Source of the DNA: Candidatus Poribacteria bacterium
GTDB taxonomy: Bacteria > Poribacteria > WGA-4E > WGA-3G
Direction: 5' to 3'
Length of the DNA stretch: 64,000 bases
NCBI GenBank assembly: GCA_965247285.1
Contig: CBDFHD010000002.1
Span: 1,139,772 to 1,203,771, forward strand
Notes under the pieces: generated by a model
Seen by the model: the letters and a program-made list of their open reading frames with translations, nothing else
The model's database searches: none
Told to the model about the DNA's origin: nothing
Translations under genes and position numbers: made by a program
In this document: piece after piece, positions 39,762-48,799 of the stretch
How the letters are laid out: the number at the start of each line of letters is the position of its first letter
Numbering within the stretch: position 1 is the first letter of the stretch

Positions 39762-40439
39762 TTGGTTAGGACAAAAAGTAATTTTCATTCCGATGATAAG
39801 TATGCTATACTATCTCGCATGAGCATGTTCCGCGAACACTGGATCGGCGGGTTAGTCGTTTATAGTACTTTTTTCACCATCTCGCTTATCGCCACCTTCG
39901 CCGTTCCAATCCTTTATGATACTGTGCCACAGGAGTGGAATCTAACTATTCCACCGGTGAGAGACGTTGTAAAAATTATCGGCTGTTTTGTTGTCGCAGT
40001 CCTATTCGGATTGTGGCCAGACGTTGACATTAAGAGTAAGAGTCAAAAAATATTTTATACTGTATTATTTGCGATGAACGTAGTGCTGATCGTTTTCTTG
40101 CAAAAGTATCTGGAATCCGCGCTGCTCGGTCTATTCGCGATGCTCCCAATTATGAGCAAACATCGTGGATGGACACACGCCAAAATTACGATGATTTTGC
40201 TCCCCAGTGTGTTTCTGTTAATTCCAATTTATGCCGCATATTCAGAGTGGGAGACGGCTGGCACTCTCGTAGACTCACTCAACGCCTTGCGAGAGTGGGA
40301 AGGACTTATGGATGCTGTCCGTAGCGGTTTCCCGTTTTATGTCGCAAGTTTTATCGGCTACGCGACGCATCTCCATTTGGATGGCATTTTATTTCGTTCG
40401 CGGAAAGCACAACGACAGAAGGCACGAGTTAACCAATGA
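39762..40439 (+). CDS. membrane-bound metal-dependent hydrolase (YdjM/DUF457-like)
   Basis: 225 aa with multiple TM helices and conserved His residues (HRGWTHA, HLHLD). Confidence 0.55.
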   Translation: MVRTKSNFHSDDKYAILSRMSMFREHWIGGLVVYSTFFTISLIATFAVPILYDTVPQEWNLTIPPVRDVVKIIGCFVVAVLFGLWPDVDIKSKSQKIFYTVLFAMNVVLIVFLQKYLESALLGLFAMLPIMSKHRGWTHAKITMILLPSVFLLIPIYAAYSEWETAGTLVDSLNALREWEGLMDAVRSGFPFYVASFIGYATHLHLDGILFRSRKAQRQKARVNQ

Positions 40440-41767
40440 ACAGAACAGAACAGACACTCCAAGCACTATTTGACAACCCGATCATGCAGGCACTCAAAAC
40501 TTTCGCAAAAGATCAAGGGGTGCAGCTCTATCTCGTCGGAGGGAGCGTAAGGGATCTGTTCCTGGAACGTCAGACGACAGATATTGACTTTACGCTGGCT
40601 TCTGATGCAATCCAGTTTGCTAAAGCATTTGCAGCCAACATCGGAGCAATCGTCATCGCCTTAGAAGAAAACCCACCGACAGCCCGCGTGATTGTTAAGC
40701 CCGACAGCACTTCACAGACCCCACAACTCAGCATGGATTTCGCACAATTCCGAGCCGCATCGCTCACTGACGACCTACGCTTACGGGACCTGACGATTAA
40801 TGCGATGGCAATCGCGTTTGAAAATGTGGGAACGTTTACAAATAAGGCACGCAAACAAATCCTCTGTCGGGTAATTGATCCGTGCGGTGGTATGAAAGAC
40901 CTAAAGGGAGGTCTGCTCCGATTTCCGAGCAGACAGGTGGTGATAGCAGATCCGGTTCGACTTTTACGGATTTATAGATTCGCAGCGCAGTTAGACTTCG
41001 AGATTTCCCAGAATGCAATCGATCTGGTAACAGCGTACAGGTCGATGCTGTCTGATGTAGCGGGGGAACGGTGCCGAGACGAACTGATGAAAATTCTTTA
41101 CATTAAGAAGGCACACCCGTATCTACAACAAATGGAGGCAGCAGGACTACTCACACAGGTCGTTCCGATTATCAAAGAGCCTCACAGGGCTTGGAGCTCG
41201 CTTGAAACTTTCGAGGAAGGCCCAATTCCTACAGCACTCCACGCTTATCGCAAGGAAATTAATCGCTATCTCCAGGAGGAACTCAGTGTAGAAATCAATA
41301 GGTGTTCGCTCATCAAGCTTAGCCTACTCTTGGGAGACAATTTGGGGAGTATCGGTGAACGCCTTCGATTCAGCCGAAAAGCGGTGAAGTTTATAGAATG
41401 CCTCATCTCAGGAAGCAAGAAACTTAAAAACACAATCCCACAATTGACACAGAAACAGATAAATCGCTTCCTTAGAACTTATACGTCCGATTGGTGGGGT
41501 ATCCTCCTATATTCCGCAGCGTCATCTCCGATTGATTCGGCAATTCTAAAACAGATCGCAGATACTTATTATGAACATATTCTGCCGATCTGTAAGCAGG
41601 GCAGACTGATCACGGGAAACGATCTGATTCAGGAATTTCATTTGAAAGAAGGGGAGCAAATTGGAGATCTGTTAAAAGAGATTGAGGACCGTCAATTTGA
41701 CGGTGAAATCCGAACCCGTGAAGAAGCATTTGCTGCGGTCGCGGCGTTACTTCAGAAGCAGCCGTGA
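40436..41767 (+). CDS. cca: CCA tRNA nucleotidyltransferase / poly(A) polymerase family protein
   Basis: 443 aa. Pol-beta head-domain motif (GGSVRDLFLERQTTDIDF). ATGA overlap with the upstream gene. Confidence 0.8.
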   Translation: MNRTEQTLQALFDNPIMQALKTFAKDQGVQLYLVGGSVRDLFLERQTTDIDFTLASDAIQFAKAFAANIGAIVIALEENPPTARVIVKPDSTSQTPQLSMDFAQFRAASLTDDLRLRDLTINAMAIAFENVGTFTNKARKQILCRVIDPCGGMKDLKGGLLRFPSRQVVIADPVRLLRIYRFAAQLDFEISQNAIDLVTAYRSMLSDVAGERCRDELMKILYIKKAHPYLQQMEAAGLLTQVVPIIKEPHRAWSSLETFEEGPIPTALHAYRKEINRYLQEELSVEINRCSLIKLSLLLGDNLGSIGERLRFSRKAVKFIECLISGSKKLKNTIPQLTQKQINRFLRTYTSDWWGILLYSAASSPIDSAILKQIADTYYEHILPICKQGRLITGNDLIQEFHLKEGEQIGDLLKEIEDRQFDGEIRTREEAFAAVAALLQKQP

Positions 41768-41794
41768 CTCACCCGTTTCATCGGTTTCTCTGAA

Positions 41795-42469
41795 CTACAA
41801 TTTCGTTTGATATTTTTGTAGCAATCTCGGAATCAAAGATAGCAAGAGCATTAGCACGCCAGCTATTCCAAGATAGAGTAGCGTCTTCCAAATATTGCCC
41901 TCACCACTCACAAACGCGCCACCGAGCTGGACAAACGCTGCTGTCCCCGGCAACATAAAGATAGCAGAGACAAGTACATAAGTGGAGAACCGAATACTGG
42001 TTAGCCCATAGGCATAGTTTTGAAGGTTAAATGGGAAAATCGGGACCAAGCGTGTAAACATCAAGATACGCCATCCCTGTTCTTCAACCTGCTCATCTAT
42101 CTTGCGGAATTGCGCATTGTTTTTGACCCAACCTTCAACGAGGTCGCGGGCAACATAGCGGGCAATGAGAAAAGCAATGGAGATAGAGATAATAGAAGCT
42201 ACGGAAGCGTAAAAGATACCCCACAAGGGTCCGAAGACGAAACCCGCTAACACAGTTACTGGGGAACCGGGAAGGAAAAAGACAGTGGATACCAGATAGA
42301 GCCCAATGTAAACCAACGGAGCAATTTTCCCAAAACCCGCCACCCATGTCTTGATTTTCGGTACGTTCTCTAAGCGAATATCGTCTGTTACGCCGTAGTA
42401 CCTCAACACGAGATAAACCGCCGCAACGACCCCAACAGCAATTAGAATTTTAATTGTGCTCTTTTTCAT
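41795..42469 (-). CDS. DedA/TVP38 family membrane protein
   Basis: 224 aa. DedA signature (FLPGSPVTVLAGFVFGPLWG). Confidence 0.8.
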   Translation of the reverse strand: MKKSTIKILIAVGVVAAVYLVLRYYGVTDDIRLENVPKIKTWVAGFGKIAPLVYIGLYLVSTVFFLPGSPVTVLAGFVFGPLWGIFYASVASIISISIAFLIARYVARDLVEGWVKNNAQFRKIDEQVEEQGWRILMFTRLVPIFPFNLQNYAYGLTSIRFSTYVLVSAIFMLPGTAAFVQLGGAFVSGEGNIWKTLLYLGIAGVLMLLLSLIPRLLQKYQTKL

Positions 42470-43958
42470 TTTTTGTAGAAACCGCCTCTAAATAGGATTT
42501 AATCTGTGTCTGATATCGGACAGGAATACGGTTATTTTCTACGGCTTCAGCATACGCACGCGACGCGCTGAGGACTACATCGGCAAAGGGTAAATAGACA
42601 GACGCATCGTCGCTAACCTCACCAGTAAAGACGCGAGAGAAACCTTCCGCACTACCAGAGGCACCTGCTGTAAGTGTCAACTGTTCTCCATTCCCCTGTA
42701 GGACTGCGGTCTCCTCACCAGTCAGTGGTGCTGTCGAATCTCCATTGTCTGTTCCGCTCTCCCTTTTGTCTGACTCGGTCCCCTGCGATTCTGACTGTGG
42801 ATCGGAATTCGATCTACCTTCACGAGCCCCTTGGACCTCACTGGTTCCAGCGTCTTGTCCAGGGGCACCATCGCTATTCGCAATCCCGCCTCCTGGGGAT
42901 TTAGTTTCAATAGTTGCCAATGCCAGTTCCTTCTGACTTGACGTGAGTTGTGCCTCCAGTTGCGCGAGATCTGTTGATTTTTCCATCTTCTCAAGGGCAG
43001 CGATGATGTCTTGTAACGTCTCCGGTGTGACCGCTTTGCCCTGAATCTGATTCAGTGAATCACTGAGCGCGCTCTTCGGTAGCCCTTTAGCTAAACGTTC
43101 AAAGAGCCCCATAAGTTCCGCTTGGAGCTCCGGCGGTATCTCAGCCTGTTCAGTGAGGTTTTTCAGCTCTGTAGCGAGTTGGTTGGCATCCATACCACGA
43201 AAACTTTGACTCGCTTCCGTGGCTTCGGTAATAGCAGTTTGCACCGATTGCTGCTCGCGGACCTCTTTTTTTAAGTTGCTGAGATGTCCTTGTGCTGTAT
43301 TGAGATCCGCTGCGGCTTTCAATTCATTTACTGTGTCGCTGATTTTGCGCTGTAGGGTCGAATTCTCAATCTGTTTCCCTTCAAGACTTTGAACTGCTCT
43401 ATTCAACGCCCGCTGCTGCGGGTCTGTCAATGGCTGTGGCACCTCATAGAAGGGTGGAATCGTGAAAGATAACCCAATCAGCAGGAGAGGGATCAGAAAC
43501 AGTTTCAGGAGCTTTGGTACACGATACGGACTTACTTTTGCAATGTCTAAGGCTGTCGCAGTCTCTGCAGCATCTCGGATTTGGAGTTGTGCGAACTCGT
43601 TTTCGGGATCGGCTTGTCTCAGCCCAAGTGCTGTGCTGAGACGCTCACTGAGGTCCACTTTCTCGTCAACAATCCGCGCGACAAACAGTAAATCCTTTCG
43701 GTGCTTGACACTGAGACCTACACCCACAACTATCACTACAGACATAACGATCCAACTGATCCCTGATATATGCATCGGTAGGAGAATCACTCGATTCAGG
43801 AGGAACAGAATAGCGAGCAAAATGAGTCCACAGAAAAATGTAGATGTGATCGTCTGCAAGAGTGCCTGCCGATACATCCTACCACGAATGTCGTTTAGAC
43901 AAATTTTGATGCGTTGCGCATCCAATCCTTCGACTCGGTCGCGTTCAGAACTTACCAT
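42450..43958 (-). CDS. hypothetical membrane protein with long coiled-coil and low-complexity acidic/Ser-Gly region
   Basis: 502 aa. N-terminal TM helices, a central coiled-coil, then a G/S/D/E/T-rich stretch. Translationally coupled between the GT9 gene and dedA. Confidence 0.5.
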   Translation of the reverse strand: MVSSERDRVEGLDAQRIKICLNDIRGRMYRQALLQTITSTFFCGLILLAILFLLNRVILLPMHISGISWIVMSVVIVVGVGLSVKHRKDLLFVARIVDEKVDLSERLSTALGLRQADPENEFAQLQIRDAAETATALDIAKVSPYRVPKLLKLFLIPLLLIGLSFTIPPFYEVPQPLTDPQQRALNRAVQSLEGKQIENSTLQRKISDTVNELKAAADLNTAQGHLSNLKKEVREQQSVQTAITEATEASQSFRGMDANQLATELKNLTEQAEIPPELQAELMGLFERLAKGLPKSALSDSLNQIQGKAVTPETLQDIIAALEKMEKSTDLAQLEAQLTSSQKELALATIETKSPGGGIANSDGAPGQDAGTSEVQGAREGRSNSDPQSESQGTESDKRESGTDNGDSTAPLTGEETAVLQGNGEQLTLTAGASGSAEGFSRVFTGEVSDDASVYLPFADVVLSASRAYAEAVENNRIPVRYQTQIKSYLEAVSTKNEKEHN

Positions 43959-44968
43959 GCGAGTTTCTCCACTGTCGCCATAACTGCATCTGGGGTAATC
44001 GCTTCAAGATTCTCGCGAGCGCGATCGGGATGCGCGTCCCACTCTTTGGACGATAGCGTTTTCATAAACGAACACTCTTTGCGAGCGACCACCGCATGTC
44101 TGTCCCACGACGGTGCCCACTGGATAAGATTAGAGGCTCCAAACAAGGCAATCGTCGGTGTTTTCACGGCAGTGCTGAGGTGCATTGGTCCCGTATCGTT
44201 GCTAATGTATAGATTACACCGTTGCAGAAGTGCCGCAAGTTGCATCGGGGTCGCCCGATTGACAATAACGGGTGAATACACCATCTGCTTCGCCACTTGA
44301 GCTGCTAACTCACCTTCCCGCGGTCCGGTCGTGATAATAATATGAGCGCCGTATGTTTCATGTAACTGATCACCAAGAGCCGCAAAATTCACTGCGTGCC
44401 AGCGGCGGTAATCGGTCGCGGCACCCGGATTGAGACCGATAATAAGCTTGCTATCATTAAGTTTCTGGTTTTCAAGAAAATTGTTCACCCACGCGATGCT
44501 TGCCCTATCAACAAATACTTCCGGTTCACTGTCCAAGACTTCAACACCCAGTGCCCGAACGACATCGAGATAGCGTTGCGTCTCATGCTGCAAGGTGTTA
44601 TTCGGGACTGCGAGATTCAACAACTTTTTCCCCCCGGCGTTCGTTTCAAATCCAACACGGAACGGGATTCTGGCGAGAAATGCGTGAAGGACGAGACGAA
44701 ACGTTGGTTGTAACACAACCGCCATTTGGAATTTTCGCCGAGCAATCTGATAGATGAGTTTCGGCACCGAAGCCTGATAGGTAAGTACCTCGTTCAGGTG
44801 TGGGTTTGCGGACACTAAATCCTCTCGTGTCGGCGCTACCATGTAAGCAATGTAGGCATTTTGAAAGTGGCGGCGTAAGGCACGAATGACAGGCGTTGTT
44901 AAAACCGTTTCTCCCAGAGGCGCGAGTCTGATGATTAAGATACGTTCGATTTGTTCAGTTGAAAACAT
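43952..44968 (-). CDS. glycosyltransferase family 9 (ADP-heptose:LPS heptosyltransferase-like)
   Basis: 338 aa. GT9 pattern (RLAPLGETVLTTPVIRAL...GLNPGAA...LFGASN). Confidence 0.75.
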   Translation of the reverse strand: MFSTEQIERILIIRLAPLGETVLTTPVIRALRRHFQNAYIAYMVAPTREDLVSANPHLNEVLTYQASVPKLIYQIARRKFQMAVVLQPTFRLVLHAFLARIPFRVGFETNAGGKKLLNLAVPNNTLQHETQRYLDVVRALGVEVLDSEPEVFVDRASIAWVNNFLENQKLNDSKLIIGLNPGAATDYRRWHAVNFAALGDQLHETYGAHIIITTGPREGELAAQVAKQMVYSPVIVNRATPMQLAALLQRCNLYISNDTGPMHLSTAVKTPTIALFGASNLIQWAPSWDRHAVVARKECSFMKTLSSKEWDAHPDRARENLEAITPDAVMATVEKLAW

Positions 44969-45238
44969 CCTGTTCTCTTACATCTTCGGATTGGACATTG
45001 CAGACCGAATCCTCTTTAAACAGCCTATTGCTAAATTCCACGAGTGATGATATAATACCCTAAAATCGACGGAATGTCAAGGTCAGTAACTCACCCTTAA
45101 AAGGTTGGGCTTGTGCAAAGCGTGGTTTCCAAACGTCCACTCCGCAGGACTCAACTACTGGCTACAGGTCGCCTAAACCTGTGGCGATATTAATAAAGGG
45201 TTTACTGTAGACCTCGTTTTCAGGCGTGAGAGAAAATA

Positions 45239-46048
45239 ATGCCTGCACTTTTCAAATTCAAAAGGAGGCGGTTTTTCCTCCAAATCCCAAAAGGTTGGGT
45301 TTCCAAACCGCAAAACTTGATGAATTTCCGTGTCCAAAGCTTAAAAGAGAAATATCTACGCGGTTGGGAACGACAAGCGACTGTTGTTCTGCTTGCCTCT
45401 GCACTACTATTAACATTACACAGATATTACAGTCGGCGGAGTTTTTTCAAACGCCACTTCGCAGAATACCTTAGCAACGTCCCACTGGCAGAGAGTCACT
45501 CGTATTACTACTGGTTTTTGACGACAGCAGTCACGTTGTTATTCGTCCCCGCGCTCGTTGCGCAATTCGGAACAAAGGAGCGGCTGAAGGACTACGGATT
45601 CCAACTCGGTAATCAGAAACTTGGATGGAGCATAACAGGAGCGGCATGGTTTCTGATGATACCTGTGATTATTCTTGCAGTCATCGCGTACCCGCCTTTC
45701 GTAGCAAAGTATCCACTCTGCAAGGTAGTGGCGAGTAGTTGGCAGGCATTTCTACCTTACCAACTCGCGTATGGTGTTTACATGTTTTCGTGGGAATTCT
45801 TCTTCCGTGGGTTTATGCTCTTCGGATTGGAACGGAAATTCGGGAACTATACTCTCTTAATTCAGACAATCCCATTTGCAGTGATGCACTATTCAAAGCC
45901 GTTACCGGAGGCACTCGGTTCAATCATTGGGGGTGTATTGCTCGGGATACTTGCTCTGGAAACGCGCTCATTTATCTATGGAGCGGCAATTCACTGGCTT
46001 GTCGCAATGACAATGGATGTAGTGGCTGTCACCCTTCCACGCTCTTAA
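45239..46048 (+). CDS. CPBP family intramembrane glutamic endopeptidase (CAAX protease-like)
   Basis: Motifs SWEFFFRGFML and FAVMHY (EExxxR / FxxxH). Start codon uncertain; alternative start at MNFRVQ. Confidence 0.7.
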   Translation: MPALFKFKRRRFFLQIPKGWVSKPQNLMNFRVQSLKEKYLRGWERQATVVLLASALLLTLHRYYSRRSFFKRHFAEYLSNVPLAESHSYYYWFLTTAVTLLFVPALVAQFGTKERLKDYGFQLGNQKLGWSITGAAWFLMIPVIILAVIAYPPFVAKYPLCKVVASSWQAFLPYQLAYGVYMFSWEFFFRGFMLFGLERKFGNYTLLIQTIPFAVMHYSKPLPEALGSIIGGVLLGILALETRSFIYGAAIHWLVAMTMDVVAVTLPRS

Positions 46049-46282
46049 GCATAAAAATTTCATTGCGGTTGCTCAGCAATTGTATTATAATTATCCAAGT
46101 TGCTACGGGCAAGATTTTAGGGGTATGAACGCCATTTTTAATGCGCCCAAGTTCAGCATACTCGGGGGTTTCGTAGCGTAAACTTTTAGTTTGCGCACGC
46201 ATTATGCACAATCTAAAAGATTATGCTACAAAGATGGCAACTTGCGTTATCACCCTTCGGTGTCAAGTATGGAGAATTTCTT

Positions 46283-46723
46283 ATGAAAATGTTAGGACTG
46301 TCTCTTATCATCACGGTAGTTTTATGCTCCAGCAGCATGCCTGCATTCGGAGAATTAAGCGTTGAGGACTTAGAGAAAATCCGTCAGATTGTCAACGAAA
46401 CTGAAGTCCGGTTGGGGAAACGCATCGATGACGTTGAGGGTCGACTGGGGAAACGCATTGATGAGGTGAAGAAGGAACTGGATACCCGTATCACTTCTGA
46501 AAGTGAAGCACAAGGAAAACGTATCACGGATTTACGGGATCGCATAGACTTTCAAGGCCATTTGATCATTGCCTTAATCGTCGCCATTATCGGTTTTGTC
46601 GCTGTACCGTTGAGTTTCCTCGTCTATCAATACAACAAACAACGCGAGCAACAACGCGAAGAAATAGAGACACTCCGACGGAGAATAGAAGAACTTGAAC
46701 GGAAGCCAATCATCCAGGCTTAA
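46283..46723 (+). CDS. hypothetical signal-peptide / membrane-anchored coiled-coil protein
   Basis: Starts MKMLGLSLIITVVL with GGAG 10 nt upstream. Internal 33-bp tandem duplication encoding RLGKRIDDVEG / RLGKRIDEVKK. C-terminal TM plus coiled-coil. Confidence 0.5.
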   Translation: MKMLGLSLIITVVLCSSSMPAFGELSVEDLEKIRQIVNETEVRLGKRIDDVEGRLGKRIDEVKKELDTRITSESEAQGKRITDLRDRIDFQGHLIIALIVAIIGFVAVPLSFLVYQYNKQREQQREEIETLRRRIEELERKPIIQA

Positions 46724-46923
46724 CCAACGAAAAAACTATGGCACAACCCGACATCATTCAAACGATACTTAAAGACACCAATTAACACCTTGACCTATTC
46801 GACACATCTGAAATTCAGGGCTTACGTCAAAGGATAGAAGGCAAAAAAAGGCCCATTACCTATTGCCCTATTCGGGGGAAGGCAGTCCAACTAAAACCTG
46901 AAGAACTTATCCGCCAACTGTAT

Positions 46924-47505
46924 GTGGAACGCCTTCTGAACCGGTATCATTATCCGCGTGAGCGTTTGCGGTTTGAACACCTCGTCAATTTCGGCAGAGA
47001 AAAGAAACGCGCCGACATCGTTATCCTTGACAAAGATAGGGTTGATACCCCCTATATTATCGTCGAGGTGAAAAAGCCGAAACTCCAAGACGGCAAGGCA
47101 CAACTCCGTTCCTACTGCAACGCCACTGGCGCGCCTATCGCTGTGTGGACAAACGGACAACAGATTTCGCACTACCACCGAAGAGATCCAAACTACTTTG
47201 AAGACATTACCGATATTCCTAACGCCGATCAGACTTTGGCGGATATACTCAACGAACGTTTTACCCTCAAAGATCTCATTCTTAAGGATAAACTTGCTAC
47301 GGAGCACAAATCCTTAAAGGATGTCATTTTGGAATTAGAGGACGAGGTGCTCGCCAATGCAGGCGTAGATGTCTTTGAGGAGGTTTTTAAACTTATCTTT
47401 ACCAAACTCTATGACGAATTCAAGAGTCAGGAAGACAAAATGTTTATCAACCATCTCCTACGGCACAAAATCAACACTGTTATCAAACTCACGTTTAGTA
47501 CGTAA
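46924..47505 (+). CDS. HsdR_N-like PD-(D/E)xK nuclease-domain protein (possibly a 5'-truncated fragment)
   Basis: YHYPRERLRFEHLVNFGREKKRADIVILDKD...IIVEVKKP resembles the N-terminal nuclease domain of type I restriction R subunits. The frame is open upstream to 46837 without an ATG. GTG at 46924. Confidence 0.45.
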   Translation: MERLLNRYHYPRERLRFEHLVNFGREKKRADIVILDKDRVDTPYIIVEVKKPKLQDGKAQLRSYCNATGAPIAVWTNGQQISHYHRRDPNYFEDITDIPNADQTLADILNERFTLKDLILKDKLATEHKSLKDVILELEDEVLANAGVDVFEEVFKLIFTKLYDEFKSQEDKMFINHLLRHKINTVIKLTFST

Positions 47506-47673
47506 TGTTAGATGAACGAAAATCTATGAAAAATCACGGGCGTGTCGGTGGGTTTTCTATTAACATAACTGCTCGTAAGGCCAAACTTTTTTGCCTAACG
47601 TATTCGCTCCCTTTTACCTTTGTGAGGGGGAGCTTCAAAATCCTTGATTCTATGATTTAGCCAATCGCAATGC

Positions 47674-47989
47674 TCAAGTACAATTGGGATAACCCGTATT
47701 TTTCAGGCGACGCTTAAGCGCGTTCAATAGGGTTTGGAACGTATCTAACAGCGGCGCATCTTCGTTAGAGAGAGCATCCAAGAGTGTTTCAGCATCAATA
47801 CTGGTGCGTTTGGAAAGTTCGGAAACCCCACCTTGCGACTCCACAAAGATCCGCAACTCTTTTAAAAAAAGGCAGGTCCCTATCAACTTGATATTCCTCC
47901 AATGTCAATTGGAGATACGCAATCGCTGCCTCCCGATCATTAGCAAGCCTTCTAATGTGATACTCGCGCCAGTTCCCCATTTCTCTCAT
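47674..47989 (-). pseudogene. frameshifted addiction-module antidote gene (HTH; partner of the RelE/ParE-like killer)
   Basis: N-terminal MREMGNWREYHIRRLANDREAAIAYLQLTLEEY in one frame. C-terminal ...LSKRTSIDAETLLDALSNEDAPLLDTFQTLLNAL in another. The frames switch at an A7/T7 homopolymer (47864-47870). Confidence 0.55.
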
Positions 47990-48243
47990 TGATGTGTCTC
48001 CTCATATTCTCGCCAATAGGCATTCGCGAGTTCAATATCCCGCTGCTGTGATGCTTTGTCTCCACCACAAAGCAGAAGGACGAGTGTATTTTCAATTTGA
48101 CGGAAATAGATGCGATATCCTGGTCTAAAGTGCAGACGCAATTCAAAGACACCTCCACCGACAGATCGGCAATCACCCAAATTGCCATCTTCAAGTTTCG
48201 CAAGCCGTTTGTCAATTCTCTGTTTCGTTATTTTTAGGGTTTA
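47986..48243 (-). pseudogene. 5'-truncated addiction-module killer (RelE/ParE superfamily) gene
   Basis: Open frame ...RLAKLEDGNLGDCRSVGGGVFELRLHFRPGYRIYFRQIENTLVLLLCGGDKASQQRDIELA matches the killer-protein core. An in-frame stop lies where the first roughly 20 codons and start should be. Confidence 0.5.
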
Positions 48244-48289
48244 CGCATAAAACAGAATAATTTCACAGTTTTCATAGCAAAACCGAAAA

Positions 48290-48631
48290 TCATTGGGTTT
48301 GGCAAAAGACGATAAACCCATACCCCACTTGGGTTTTGGACGGTTTTCGTCTCCTGTTGCTATGAAGGCTGCTATGAAAATTGCTATGAAAATTGGGTGA
48401 GTCCAGTTTACGCCAAGATTCCATAAGACAATAGGTCGAGAACCCCTCGATTTCTACCAATATTGCGTAAGTCCTAATTTTATCTCGGATGGATTCAAAC
48501 CATTCAATGAAAGGTTGTCTACCATTTGGATCCCGGTAGTATTGTATTTCTATTGGTTGTCCGTCCCTATCGACAATCGTTCCATACCCGCTATGCAATG
48601 ATAAATAAACAGTTCGTTGATTGGTAATCAT
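48290..48631 (-). pseudogene. Gp49/HigB-like toxin gene with C-terminus replaced by a 12-bp tandem repeat
   Basis: N-terminal IEIQYYRDPNGRQPFIEWFESIRDKIRTYAILVEIEGF resembles phage Gp49-like (DUF891) toxins. After about residue 75 the sequence becomes NFHSNFHSSLHSN, encoded by the repeat. Confidence 0.4.
48358..48393. repeat. 12-bp tandem repeat TGCTATGAA(G/A)(G/A)(C/T), 3 copies, plus a solitary copy at 48270-48281
   Basis: Direct reading: tgctatgaaggc tgctatgaaaat tgctatgaaaat. Confidence 0.6.
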
Positions 48632-48799
48632 ACTTCATTTTTTATTAAAAACGTAAGGTATATTTGCAATTTCGGAATTGCTCAGATAATTGCAGTTGAC
48701 ATCTACACCGTTTTCCTATAAAATACCTCCTATACAACTTGTAGGTGCGTTTTGGGAGCGTGCTTCCAGATTGATTCATAGAGGAGATGAAAATATAAT

